From assembly GCA_052144055.1 (NCBI GenBank), contig JBKQRF010000108.1:1-58200 (forward strand): a stretch of 58,200 bases of DNA. Reading direction: 5' to 3'. This document shows, piece after piece, positions 9,488-19,275 of the stretch. The first letter of the stretch is position 1. Every line of letters starts with the position of its first letter. This DNA is from Candidatus Limnocylindrales bacterium. Its GTDB lineage: Bacteria > Chloroflexota > Limnocylindria > Limnocylindrales > CSP1-4. The translations under genes and the position numbers were made by a program. The notes beneath the pieces were generated by a model, which was not told where the DNA came from, did not search any database, and worked only from the letters and a program-made list of their open reading frames with translations.

Positions 9488-10965
9488 AGCAGCGCCTTGG
9501 CGGCCGCTTCGGCGATCGTGATCAGCCCGCTGGGGAAGACGCCGATGACGATCGTGGCCGTCGCCGCGATCACGAGTCCGGCCTGCAGCTCAAAGCTGCG
9601 CGCCAGCGGTGGAGCCGACTCGGGGGCGTCACGCATGTACATGTAGACCACGACCCGCAGGTAGTAAAAAGCGGCTGCCGCTGCGTTGAGCACCGCGAGC
9701 ACGGCGAGCCAGGATACGAACCCGCCGGTCTCGATCGCGGCGAGGATCACGTAGTACTTGGCAAAGAACCCGGCCGTGGGGGGGATGCCTGTGAGCGAGA
9801 TCAGGAACAGCGCCAAGAGCAGGCCCGCGAGCGGCGCTCGGCGGCCGAGGCCCGAGAAGGTCTCGATGTTGCTGGTCACGCCAGGGCGGCGCTGTAGGGC
9901 GGCCACGATAGCGAACGCGCCTAGGTTCATGAAGGTGTAGGCGACGCTGTAGACCAAGATCCCCTGCAACCCGCGGGCCTCCGCTTCCGACCCAGCCGCC
10001 GCACCTGCGTATGCCGCGAGGCCCACCAGGATGTATCCCGTGTGGGCGATGGAGCTGTACGCGAGCATGCGTTTGACGTTCGACTGCGTCAGCGCGACCA
10101 GGTTGCCCAGGGTCATGGTCAGCGCGGCTAGGATCACGATGGCGCCCACCCAGTCGGCCTTGACGGGGCCGAGCGCGCCCACGAAGAGCCGCAGGATCAG
10201 GGCGAATGCGGCCACCTTCGGTCCCACCGACAGGTACCCCGTAACCGGGGTCGGAGAGCCCTGATACGCGTCGGGCGTCCAGTAGTGGAACGGCACCGCT
10301 GCGATCTTGAACGCCACGCCCGTCAACAGGAAGGCCAGACCCATGGCCAGGCCAGGCGCCAGTGGCTTGCCGGCCGCCACCGATTGCAGCACCGCCGAGA
10401 CCCCCGCCACGCTCGTGGTCCCCGTGTAGCCCCACACGAAGACGAGGCCGAAGAGAAACACCGCGCTCGAGAACGAGCCGAGCAGGAAGTACTTGATGGC
10501 GCCCTCGGTGGCCAGGCCGTCCCGCTTGGCGAACCCGGCCAGCATGTAGCCCGGCAGAACCATCAGCTCGAGTCCGAGGAACAGCACCAGCAGGTCGCGC
10601 GCCCCGGACAGCAGCATCGCGCCGCTGATCGCGAACAGGAGCGTGGCCGAGAACTCGGCCAGCGGGAGACCACGCGGGCGCAGGTAGTCGGGCGCGAACA
10701 GCAGGGTCAGCACCGCGATCGACAGGAACAACAGATCGAGGAGCACTGTGAGCTGGTCGAGGATGTACGACCCGCCGAACGCCGTGCGCGGCGCCTGCGA
10801 GGCGACCGCCGCCGTGATGGCCATGACCGCTAGCGCGCCGATCGTGGCAATCCCCGAGGAGAGCCGGTCGCGGTCCGGCACGATGACGTCGACCAGGATC
10901 ACTAGGAAGGCGACCACCCAGATCGCCCCGACAGGGAGGATTGCTGTCACGTCAGCGCCGCTCAT
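9484..10965 (-). CDS. nuoN: NADH-quinone oxidoreductase subunit N
   Basis: EGAIKYFLLG, FKIAAVPFHYWTPDAYQGSPTP and KRMLAYSSIAH. ATG 10965 follows GAGGAGG. Confidence 0.95.
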   Translation of the reverse strand: MSGADVTAILPVGAIWVVAFLVILVDVIVPDRDRLSSGIATIGALAVMAITAAVASQAPRTAFGGSYILDQLTVLLDLLFLSIAVLTLLFAPDYLRPRGLPLAEFSATLLFAISGAMLLSGARDLLVLFLGLELMVLPGYMLAGFAKRDGLATEGAIKYFLLGSFSSAVFLFGLVFVWGYTGTTSVAGVSAVLQSVAAGKPLAPGLAMGLAFLLTGVAFKIAAVPFHYWTPDAYQGSPTPVTGYLSVGPKVAAFALILRLFVGALGPVKADWVGAIVILAALTMTLGNLVALTQSNVKRMLAYSSIAHTGYILVGLAAYAGAAAGSEAEARGLQGILVYSVAYTFMNLGAFAIVAALQRRPGVTSNIETFSGLGRRAPLAGLLLALFLISLTGIPPTAGFFAKYYVILAAIETGGFVSWLAVLAVLNAAAAAFYYLRVVVYMYMRDAPESAPPLARSFELQAGLVIAATATIVIGVFPSGLITIAEAAAKALL

Positions 10966-10975
10966 CGCAACCTCC

Positions 10976-12487
10976 TCACGGCAGGATCCCCAGCGCCACG
11001 CCGTGACTGACGTGGTCCAAGACGCCCGCGACCGGTCCTTGGATGAGGTTGAGCAGCGGAGCGGGGAAGACGCCGAAGACGACCACGAGTGCGGCCAGCG
11101 GCACGAGTGTCGCGATCTCGATCGGGACCATGTCGTGGAGATGGTCGCCGAGGCCCTGCAGGAAGTCGGAGAGGTCCCCGAACGCGACCTGCTGGAACAT
11201 GTACAAGAGGTACGTTGCGCCCAGGACCATGACGATGGCGGAGATCGCCGCCACGACAGGCGCCACGGCGAACGTCCCGAGGAAGACGAGGAACTCGCCA
11301 ACGAACCCGGAGAGCCCGGGCAGTCCGGCGCTGGCGAGCATGAAGAACCCGAGGGCCGTGGCGTAGAGCGGCATTCTGCCGGCCAGCCCGCCCATCACCG
11401 CGAAGCGGCGGTCGTGCGTCCGTTCGTAGATCACGCCCACGCAGAGGAAGAGAGCGCCAGTGATGAGGCCGTGGTTGACCATCTGGAGCACGGCGCCCTG
11501 CAGCGCCTGCGACTGGAAGGCGAAAATGCCCAGCGTCACGAACCCCATGTGGCTGACCGAGCTGTACGCCACCAGCTTCTTGAAGTCCGGCTGCACTACC
11601 GCCACCATCGCTCCGTAGATGATCGCGATCACCGAGAGCACGATGATCGCGGGGGCGAAGGTGTGCGCCGCGTCGGGGAAGAGCGGAAGGGAGTAGCGGA
11701 TGAAGCCGTATCCCCCCAGCTTCAGGAGGACACCGGCGAGGATCACCGAGCCCGCGGTCGGCGCCTCGACGTGCGCGTCGGGCAGCCAAGTGTGGAACGG
11801 GAACATCGGGATCTTGATGGCGAACGCCAGGAAGAACGTAACGAATGCGAAGGTCTGGATCTCGGGCGAAAAATGGAAGCCCGAAAGGTCGAGGTAGCTG
11901 AAGCTCCAGGTACCCGTGGCCGAGTGGTAGGCGTAGGCAGTGGCGAGGATGCCCACCAGCATCAGTAGCGAGCCGACGAGGGTGTACAGAACGAACTTGA
12001 TGGTGGCGTAGATGCGGTTCGGGCCGCCCCATATGCCGATGATCAGGTACATCGGCACGAGCACGACTTCCCAGAACACGTAGAAGAGGAACAGGTCGAG
12101 CGCGGCGAAGACGCCGATCATGCCGATCTCGAGGACAAGGAACGTGATCATGTATTCCTTCACGCGCTCCTGGATCGGGCGGAAGGAGGCCAGGACACTG
12201 ATCGCTGTCAGCAGCGTGGTGAGGACGATCAGGATGAGGCTGATGCCGTCGACGCCCACTTGGTAGTGGATCCCGAACAACGGGATCCAAGCCACGTCTT
12301 CCATGTACTGGAAGCCGCCGGCGCCGGTGGCGAAGCCGGCCAGCATGACCAGCGACCAGCCCAGGGTGACGAGCGTCGTGGCGAAGGCCAGCCAGCGCGC
12401 GACCTGGGGCCGGTCGCGCGGCACGAACGCGATCAGGATCGCTCCGACCAGCGGCGTGAAGATCGTGAGCGAGCAGAGGGGGAGCAT
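10976..12487 (-). CDS. nuoM: NADH-quinone oxidoreductase subunit M
   Basis: FYVFWE, IKIPMFPFHTWLPDAHVEAPT and KKLVAYSSVSHMG. Confidence 0.96.
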   Translation of the reverse strand: MLPLCSLTIFTPLVGAILIAFVPRDRPQVARWLAFATTLVTLGWSLVMLAGFATGAGGFQYMEDVAWIPLFGIHYQVGVDGISLILIVLTTLLTAISVLASFRPIQERVKEYMITFLVLEIGMIGVFAALDLFLFYVFWEVVLVPMYLIIGIWGGPNRIYATIKFVLYTLVGSLLMLVGILATAYAYHSATGTWSFSYLDLSGFHFSPEIQTFAFVTFFLAFAIKIPMFPFHTWLPDAHVEAPTAGSVILAGVLLKLGGYGFIRYSLPLFPDAAHTFAPAIIVLSVIAIIYGAMVAVVQPDFKKLVAYSSVSHMGFVTLGIFAFQSQALQGAVLQMVNHGLITGALFLCVGVIYERTHDRRFAVMGGLAGRMPLYATALGFFMLASAGLPGLSGFVGEFLVFLGTFAVAPVVAAISAIVMVLGATYLLYMFQQVAFGDLSDFLQGLGDHLHDMVPIEIATLVPLAALVVVFGVFPAPLLNLIQGPVAGVLDHVSHGVALGILP

Positions 12488-12493
12488 CTCTGT

Positions 12494-14452
12494 CTACCTT
12501 GCCGTGATCACGAGGAGGCCGGCAGCCATCGCGAGCAGGCCAATGGCAATGCCCAGGGCGTAGTTCTGGACGCGGCCGGTCTGGATGCGGCGCACCTCGC
12601 GCCCCGAGAACACGGTGAGCGTCCCCACGCCGTTGACGACGCCGTCGACCACGTGACCGTCGAACCACCAGGCGGCGCGAGCCACCACCCCGCCAATCAC
12701 GTAGAAGAGGCCGTGGTACAGGTCGTCGAACCACCACTTGTTGCGGGAGGCGATGTAGAGGGGGCGGAGGCGCGCGGTGGTCGCCTCGACAACCGCGGGC
12801 TTCGGTTCGACGTCGCGGCCCGGCAGCCGCAAGCCGAAGAGCCGGACGGCCGTGACCAGGCCGAGGGTCGCGAGGGCGACGCTCACCAGGAGCAGCGCGC
12901 CGTCGACACCGAAGACCTGGAACGCCTCCTGGTGTACGCCCAGCGTCTGGTCGGCCTGCGCGAAGACCGGATCGAGCCACTGGTGCACGAGGCCGGAGTC
13001 CGGCGGCCAGCCGATGGCGAGGCCGAGCAGCGCCGCGGGGACCGCCAGTAGGACCAGGGGCACCCACATGGCGGGCGGCGACTCGTGCGGGTGGACATCC
13101 GGGGCGACGTGGCTGGGCCCGTAGAAGGTCTTGCCCATCAGCCGGAACATGTAGAAGGCGGTCATGGCCGCCACCACCGCCCCGATCAGCCAGACGACGT
13201 AAAAGCCGTTCCGGAAGCTCGCCCCGAGGATCTCGTCCTTGCTGAAGAAACCCGCCAGGGGCGGAATCCCGGAGATCGCGATCGAGGCGATGAGCATCGT
13301 CGCGTGCGTGATGGGCATCTTGCGCCACAGGCCGCCCATCTTGTTCATGTCCTGCTCGTCGTGGACCCCGTGGATCACGGAACCGGAGTCGAGGAACAGC
13401 AGGCCCTTGAAGAAGCCGTGAGTCATGAGGTGGAAGATCGCCGCGGCGTAGGCACCCACGCCGAGCGAGGCGAACATGTAGCCCAGTTGGGACAGGGTCG
13501 AGTACGCCAGCACGCGCTTGATGTCCGTTTGGGTCAACGCGATCGTCGCGGCTAGGAGCGCGGTGAAGATCCCGACCGCGGCCACGATCACCATCGCCGC
13601 GGGCGCGTGGCTGAAGATCGGGTTGGCACGAGCGACCATGTAGACCCCGGCGTTCACCATCGTGGCGGCGTGGATGAGGGCCGATACGGGGGTGGGGCCC
13701 TCCATAGCGTCGGGCAGCCATACGTGGAGCGGGAACTGCGCGCTCTTGCCGACCGCGCCGCAGAAAAGCAGCAGCGCAATGCCGGTGATCTGCCAGGTCT
13801 GGATCTGACCGGAGGCCAGCATCTGCGGCAACTTTGTAAACACGTCGGAGAAGTTGAGCGAGCCCACGGTGGTCCAGATCGCCCAAATCCCGATGCTGAA
13901 CCCGACGTCGCCGACGCGGTTAACCAGGAACGCCTTCTTGGCGGCCAGCGCCGCGCTCCGGCGCCGGTACCAGAATCCGATCAGCAGGTAGCTCGACAGG
14001 CCCACCAGCTCCCATGCCATGAACAGCAGCAGGAAGTTGCCCGCCAGCACCAGCAGCAGCATGCTGAACATGAAGAAGTTCAGGTAGGCGAAGAAGCGCC
14101 ACTTGCCGGGGTCGTGCGCCATGTACCCGATCGAGTAGACGTGCACGAGCATGCCGATCGTCGTCACCACGATCAGCAGCGCCGCGGTCAGGTTGTCCAC
14201 CATGAAGTTGGCGTCGAGCTGGAAGGTCCCGGCCGGGATCCACGTGTAGACCGTAAAGTGCAGCCCGTCCGGTCCGAAGGCACCGGTCAGCTGGCCGAAG
14301 ACGACGAGCATGCCGGCCGCCCAGGTGAGGAGGATGGCCCCAACCGAGATCGCCCAGGAGTTGTCGCCGAGCCGCCTCCCGAATACGGCGGTCAGCGCGA
14401 ACCCTGCGATCGGCAGGACCAGGAGCGCGAGGACGAGCGCCTCGTTCGACAT
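12494..14452 (-). CDS. nuoL: NADH-quinone oxidoreductase subunit L
   Basis: [34 protein letters not shown] and QTGRVQNY. Confidence 0.96.
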   Translation of the reverse strand: MSNEALVLALLVLPIAGFALTAVFGRRLGDNSWAISVGAILLTWAAGMLVVFGQLTGAFGPDGLHFTVYTWIPAGTFQLDANFMVDNLTAALLIVVTTIGMLVHVYSIGYMAHDPGKWRFFAYLNFFMFSMLLLVLAGNFLLLFMAWELVGLSSYLLIGFWYRRRSAALAAKKAFLVNRVGDVGFSIGIWAIWTTVGSLNFSDVFTKLPQMLASGQIQTWQITGIALLLFCGAVGKSAQFPLHVWLPDAMEGPTPVSALIHAATMVNAGVYMVARANPIFSHAPAAMVIVAAVGIFTALLAATIALTQTDIKRVLAYSTLSQLGYMFASLGVGAYAAAIFHLMTHGFFKGLLFLDSGSVIHGVHDEQDMNKMGGLWRKMPITHATMLIASIAISGIPPLAGFFSKDEILGASFRNGFYVVWLIGAVVAAMTAFYMFRLMGKTFYGPSHVAPDVHPHESPPAMWVPLVLLAVPAALLGLAIGWPPDSGLVHQWLDPVFAQADQTLGVHQEAFQVFGVDGALLLVSVALATLGLVTAVRLFGLRLPGRDVEPKPAVVEATTARLRPLYIASRNKWWFDDLYHGLFYVIGGVVARAAWWFDGHVVDGVVNGVGTLTVFSGREVRRIQTGRVQNYALGIAIGLLAMAAGLLVITAR

Positions 14453-14458
14453 CGCCGC

Positions 14459-14770
14459 CTAGTCCCGCATCGTGTCGTACTCGTCGACGAGTGGCGTGCG
14501 CCGGTTGCGGAAGATCGCGATCACGATCGCCAGCCCCACCGTCGCCTCTCCTGCCGCGACCGCGATGACCATTAGCGCGATGACAGACGCGTGAACCGTC
14601 AGCCGGGGCGTGAAGGCGCCGAATGCGACGATCGCCAGGTTGACGGCGTTCAGCATCAGCTCGATCGACATCAGCATCGCGATGGCGTTGCGTCGGGCGA
14701 GGAACCCGAACATCCCGGTGCAGAAGAGCAGCGCGGACAGCACAAGGTAGGCATCGAGAGAATGGCTCAC
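14459..14770 (-). CDS. nuoK: NADH-quinone oxidoreductase subunit K
   Basis: [20 protein letters not shown] and [11 protein letters not shown]. Confidence 0.95.
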   Translation of the reverse strand: MSHSLDAYLVLSALLFCTGMFGFLARRNAIAMLMSIELMLNAVNLAIVAFGAFTPRLTVHASVIALMVIAVAAGEATVGLAIVIAIFRNRRTPLVDEYDTMRD

Positions 14771-14771
14771 C

Positions 14772-15326
14772 TCACCGCTCCCTCACCTGCGGTTCCTCGC
14801 GTTTGGCCAGGAACACGCCACCGATCACAGCGGCGAGGAGCAGCACGCTCACGACCTCGAGGGGGAGGACGTAGTCCTTGAAGAGCAAGTGAGCCAGCGC
14901 GTCCGTGGCCGTGTGGAGTGGGTGGCCCACCGTGTCGGGCCAGGCCGTCGACGTTACGACGCCGATCAGCATGGCGGCCAGCACGATCGCAGCCACGGCC
15001 CCCGCCCACGCCTGGTGGTGGAACACGAGCCTGGTGGGACCCGCCTTCGTCTGCGTCAGCATGATGGCGAACAGGACGAGGATGCTGATCGCGCCGATAT
15101 AGATGAGCACCTGGGCGGCGGCGACGAGCGGCGCATCCAGCATGACGTAGATCCCTGCCAGGGCCGCGAACGAGACGATCATCGCCAGCCCCGAGCGGAT
15201 GATGTCGCGCCCGAGGACCACGGTCAGGGCGGCCCCGAGCATCGTCCCAGCGAGGGCGAGGAACAGGAGATCGGCCCAGGACCACCCCAGCCCCGGGATC
15301 GTCGCGCCTGCCAGCGCGTTCGACAT
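14772..15326 (-). CDS. nuoJ: NADH-quinone oxidoreductase subunit J
   Basis: [19 protein letters not shown] and [22 protein letters not shown]. Confidence 0.93.
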   Translation of the reverse strand: MSNALAGATIPGLGWSWADLLFLALAGTMLGAALTVVLGRDIIRSGLAMIVSFAALAGIYVMLDAPLVAAAQVLIYIGAISILVLFAIMLTQTKAGPTRLVFHHQAWAGAVAAIVLAAMLIGVVTSTAWPDTVGHPLHTATDALAHLLFKDYVLPLEVVSVLLLAAVIGGVFLAKREEPQVRER

Positions 15327-15335
15327 CGACTCCCC

Positions 15336-17924
15336 TTACCTCGCGGGCCCGGACGGCAGCTGGTGCGCGACCGCGGTGTGCCCGTTGCCGTGGCCGTCCC
15401 CGGCGCCGTCCGCGTTGCCGCGCCCGGGACCGATGCGGGCTGGCAGCACGGGCAGCAGCCGGTCGGTCGACACCTCGCGGCCGGCGGCAAGCGCACGCGA
15501 CATCCAATCCCGTTCCCGGCGGACGTAGCTCATCTCGGTGTCGTGCTGTACAGCGGAGTACGAGAGCAGGTCGATGTGCGGGATCTCTCGGCTCTCGTGC
15601 GCGAGCTCGAAGTCCGGGCCGCAGCGCAGCGCGTCGTACGGACAGGCGTCCACGCAGATCCCGCAGAGGATGCAGCGGGACTCGTCCACGTCGTACTGCT
15701 CGAGTACGCGCGGCTTCGGCATCAGGGCTCCCGTCGGGCATGTCTCGGCGCACCGACCGCATGACACGCACGGCGTGTCGTTGAGGCTCATGTCGAGCGG
15801 CGTCGTCACCAGGGCGTCCATGCCGATCCGCATGAAGTCGTAGCATGCGGCCCCCACGACCTCGGCGCAGACGCGGGCGCAGCGGCCACAGTCGATGCAC
15901 CGGGACGGCTCGCGCAGGATGAAGGCGTGGCTGTCGTCGCGGGTGTAGTCGTGGTTGTACCCGGTGAAGCGGTTCTCCAGGACGCTGCGGTAGCTGAACC
16001 CGGTGCGTGACGGCTCGAGCGTCGCGAGCGTCGTGCCGTACTCGATGCCGAGTCGCCGCAGGTCGCAGTATCCGATGGCCTCGCACGTGCACTGCAGGCA
16101 GCGGCGAGCCTCGTCCATCGCCTCGGCCTGCGTGTAGGGGATCTCGTACTCGACGTAGCTCCTGTTGCGGACGTCGGCCGGCATCGAGCGCAGGCGGTGC
16201 CGAGCCTCCTTGAGCTCCCCGGTGAATGGGACAATCGAGAGGAACGCCGGCTGCGGCTCCGCGATGGTCTGTCGCGTCCGGACGGCCGCCAAGTCCATGC
16301 CCTCCAGGTACGCGTCAATGGCGTACGCGGCGCGGCGGCCCTCCGCGATGGCCTGGACCACCGTGGTCGCGCCGACCCGGACGTCACCCGTCCCGAAGAC
16401 GCCCGCGCGGCCCGTGGAGAAGGTCACAGCGTCGGCGGCGAGCCGGTTGCGGTTTGCCTTGACACCATCGGAGCCGTGGTCCAGCCAGCTTAGGTCCGGC
16501 CCCTGCCCGATGGCCAGCAGGACCCGGTCGCACTCGATCGTGAACTCGGTACCAGGGACCGGCTCCGGGCGGCGTCGTCCGGACGCATCGGGCGCGCCCA
16601 TTCGCATCCGCTGGAACTCGACGCCGGTCACCGCATCGCGCTCGTCGGTGATGACGCGCGTGGGCGCGGCCTGGAAGATGGCGCGGGCGCCCTCCTCAAT
16701 CGCCTCGTGGACCTCGCTCGAGGCCGACATCTCCTTCATGTCGCGGCGATAAACGAGCGTCACCTCGCTGGCGCCCTGGCGGAGCGAGGTCCGCGTGCAG
16801 TCCATGGACGTGAAGCCGCCGCCGATCACGACGACCCGGCTGCCCTGGTGCCCGGGGAACGGAAGTCCGAGGGTGGCGGTCCGCAAGTATTCGAGGCCGT
16901 CGAAGACGCCGTCTGCGTCCTCGCCCGGGACCCCCAGCTTGTTCGTGTTGTAGCAGCCGATCGCGACGCACACCGCGTCGTATCCCTGGTTCTGCAGGTC
17001 GTCGATCGTGAAATCCGTGCCAAGGGCCATGCCGCATTCGAAACGGCCGCCCAGGTCCAGGATCGACTGATACTCGCCGTCGACGACGCTGTCCTTCGGC
17101 AGCCGGTACTCGGGGATGCCGTATCTCAGCATGCCGCCGGGCTTCTCATCGCGCTCGTAGATGGTCACGTCGTGGCCGTCGATCAGCAGGTAGTAGGCCG
17201 CGGACGATCCGGCGGGGCCGCTCCCGATGACGGCCACCCTCTTGCCGCTCCTGGGCTGCAGTTCGAAGGGGAGGGGCGCCTTCTGGCCCTCGGCCTGGAG
17301 ACGGAGCACCTGGTCGCCGGCGTATCGGTGGCTGTCCCGGATGGCGATCGCCTCGTCCACCTCGTCGCGGCGGCAGTGTTCTTCGCAGGGTGCCGGGCAC
17401 ACGCGCCCTAAAACGCTCGGGAACGGGATGGTGCGCTTGAAGATGCGCGCCGACTCGACGAAGTCGCCCTCGGTGTTGGCCTTCAGGAAACCCGGGATGT
17501 CGATGTGGCTAGGGCACTTGTTCTGGCACGGCGGCAGGCAGTAGGCGTTGTGGTCGCTGAAGATCAGCTCGAGGTTGGTGTGCCGGATGGCCCGCACGCG
17601 CTCGGTCTGCGTGCGCACCACCATGCCCGCCTCCGCCGCGCGGGCACAACTGATTGGCGGGTGCTCCTCGCCTTCCACGTCGACCACGCACATCCGGCAG
17701 GCGCCGAACCCGGGCAGCTTCGGCTCGTAGCAGAGCGTGGGGATCTCGATGCCGTTGTCTCGGCAGACCTCCAAGATAGTCTGGCCCGCGCGACCCGTGA
17801 CCTGCCGCCCGTCGACCTCGATCGTGAAGGCCGGCGCGGACTGAGGCCGCTGCGGCGATTGCGTCTCGAAGAGACGCTCCGCAAGCGTCGGCGCAGTTGC
17901 CTGGATCTCGATCAGGTCGGCCAT
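15336..17924 (-). CDS. Chimeric Fe-S flavoprotein: NuoG/HydA-type [2Fe-2S] domain + GltD-like FAD/NADPH oxidoreductase + 2x[4Fe-4S] domain + C-terminal half of NuoI
   Basis: IPTLC..GACRMC..C; PPCQNKCP..GRVCPAPCEEHC; IGSGPAG; IGGGFTSMDC..YRR; EARRCLQC; CIDCGRCARVC and CVSCGRCAETCP; then YDVDESRCILCGICVDACPYDAL..FELA. Confidence 0.88.
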   Translation of the reverse strand: MADLIEIQATAPTLAERLFETQSPQRPQSAPAFTIEVDGRQVTGRAGQTILEVCRDNGIEIPTLCYEPKLPGFGACRMCVVDVEGEEHPPISCARAAEAGMVVRTQTERVRAIRHTNLELIFSDHNAYCLPPCQNKCPSHIDIPGFLKANTEGDFVESARIFKRTIPFPSVLGRVCPAPCEEHCRRDEVDEAIAIRDSHRYAGDQVLRLQAEGQKAPLPFELQPRSGKRVAVIGSGPAGSSAAYYLLIDGHDVTIYERDEKPGGMLRYGIPEYRLPKDSVVDGEYQSILDLGGRFECGMALGTDFTIDDLQNQGYDAVCVAIGCYNTNKLGVPGEDADGVFDGLEYLRTATLGLPFPGHQGSRVVVIGGGFTSMDCTRTSLRQGASEVTLVYRRDMKEMSASSEVHEAIEEGARAIFQAAPTRVITDERDAVTGVEFQRMRMGAPDASGRRRPEPVPGTEFTIECDRVLLAIGQGPDLSWLDHGSDGVKANRNRLAADAVTFSTGRAGVFGTGDVRVGATTVVQAIAEGRRAAYAIDAYLEGMDLAAVRTRQTIAEPQPAFLSIVPFTGELKEARHRLRSMPADVRNRSYVEYEIPYTQAEAMDEARRCLQCTCEAIGYCDLRRLGIEYGTTLATLEPSRTGFSYRSVLENRFTGYNHDYTRDDSHAFILREPSRCIDCGRCARVCAEVVGAACYDFMRIGMDALVTTPLDMSLNDTPCVSCGRCAETCPTGALMPKPRVLEQYDVDESRCILCGICVDACPYDALRCGPDFELAHESREIPHIDLLSYSAVQHDTEMSYVRRERDWMSRALAAGREVSTDRLLPVLPARIGPGRGNADGAGDGHGNGHTAVAHQLPSGPAR

Positions 17925-17937
17925 GCTGACATCCGGG

Positions 17938-19275
17938 TCACCGGGGAGCCGCCGCGACGGGCGTCACGCGCAGCAGATTGCACACTCCGGCGGGACACGT
18001 GCCGGCGTTGAAGTGGGCGTCGAACTCGTCTCTGAAGTATCGCATCCCGCTCGTGAGCGGGTTGGGCGCCAGGATCCCGTGTCCGCAAAGCGAGCCGTCC
18101 CGCACGTCGGCGGCGAGGTCCACTAAGAGCTGCGGATCAGTTGGGCGCGCGCGTCCAGAGGTCGCGCGGCCGGTGAGCTCGAAGAGTCTCCTCGTCCCGA
18201 TCCGGCACGGGATGCACTTCCCACAGGACTCGTCGGACATGAAGCGTTCCATGAGGCGCCCGAGTTCCACCACGCAGGCCCGCTGGTCCACGACCAGGAT
18301 CTGGCCGGACCCCAGGATCGCGCCGGCAGCCTCGAGCGCGGCTGGGTCGAGCGGTGTGTCTAGCCGGGACTCTGGAAGGAACCCTCCGGCAGGGCCCCCG
18401 ACGAGCACGGCTTTGAAGGCGCTCCCTTTCGCCATGCCGCCGCCGACGTGGTCAAGGATCTCGCGCAGCGGCGTACCCATGGGGACTTCGGCGACGCCCG
18501 TCAGCCGCGCGTTGCCCGAGACCTGCACCAGCTTGGTACCGGCGAGTCCGTTCCGCCCGGCCGCTGCGAACGCCTCTGCGGTGTGGCGCACGATCCAAGG
18601 AACCGACGCGAGCGTCTCGACGTTGTTGACAACGGTGGGGTGGCCGTCCAGCCCGCGCACCGACGGGAACGGCGGCCGCTGGTCGGGCATGCCCCGCTGT
18701 GACTGCAGCGCACGGATAAGCACCGTCTCTTCGCCCAAAACGAAGGCGCCCCGAAGCGGCCGCACCTCGATCTGCACGTCGCAGCCGCGACCGCTGGCGC
18801 TGGGCCCGAGGTACTTAGCATCTTCCGCCGCCGCGGCGGCCGCGCGGAGCCGCTCGACCGCCAGGCCGTACTCGGCATTCACCGCGACGTAGGCGCGGCG
18901 TGCGCCGATCGCGTAGGCCGCGAGGGCCGTCCCTTCGATCACGCCATGCGGGTCGAGCTCCATGAGGGTGCGGTCGACGAACGCGCCGGGGTCGGCCTCG
19001 ATCCCATTGGCGATCACCACCCGGTCCGGGTCATCCTGCGAGCGGGCCGACCGCCACTTGTTGGCGGTGGGGTAGCCGGCGCCGCCTCGGCCACGCAGCC
19101 CGGCGTGGCCGACGAGCGCGATGAGCATGTCCGGACTGGATGCGACCGCCTGCCGCCAGGCCGCCCACGCCCCGACGTGCTCCGCCGCCCCGAGCCCTTC
19201 GTCCGGATCGTACTGCCCTGCGGCGGCAAGGGCGATGCGTGGCCAGCCGTGGGGCGTGGCGAGGATAGCGGCCAT
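17938..19275 (-). CDS. nuoF: NuoF/HoxF/HydB-like FMN- and NADH-binding subunit
   Basis: GLRGRGGAGYPT..KW, EADPGAFVDR, GEET, PTVVNNVETL, ESCGKCIPCRIG..SLCG and C-terminal HF..GTCPAGVC. Confidence 0.88.
   Translation of the reverse strand: MAAILATPHGWPRIALAAAGQYDPDEGLGAAEHVGAWAAWRQAVASSPDMLIALVGHAGLRGRGGAGYPTANKWRSARSQDDPDRVVIANGIEADPGAFVDRTLMELDPHGVIEGTALAAYAIGARRAYVAVNAEYGLAVERLRAAAAAAEDAKYLGPSASGRGCDVQIEVRPLRGAFVLGEETVLIRALQSQRGMPDQRPPFPSVRGLDGHPTVVNNVETLASVPWIVRHTAEAFAAAGRNGLAGTKLVQVSGNARLTGVAEVPMGTPLREILDHVGGGMAKGSAFKAVLVGGPAGGFLPESRLDTPLDPAALEAAGAILGSGQILVVDQRACVVELGRLMERFMSDESCGKCIPCRIGTRRLFELTGRATSGRARPTDPQLLVDLAADVRDGSLCGHGILAPNPLTSGMRYFRDEFDAHFNAGTCPAGVCNLLRVTPVAAAPR

Noticed and set aside
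10962-13886. 974-aa ORF and many other long alternative-frame or antisense ORFs (e.g. 53399-55972, 47653-49362)
   Set aside because: Arg/Gly/Pro-rich shadow frames of well-supported genes, expected at this GC content.
15336-17924. Glutamate synthase small subunit (gltD)
   Set aside because: No gltB nearby; the GltD unit is embedded in a NuoG-like and NuoI-like chain within the nuo operon.
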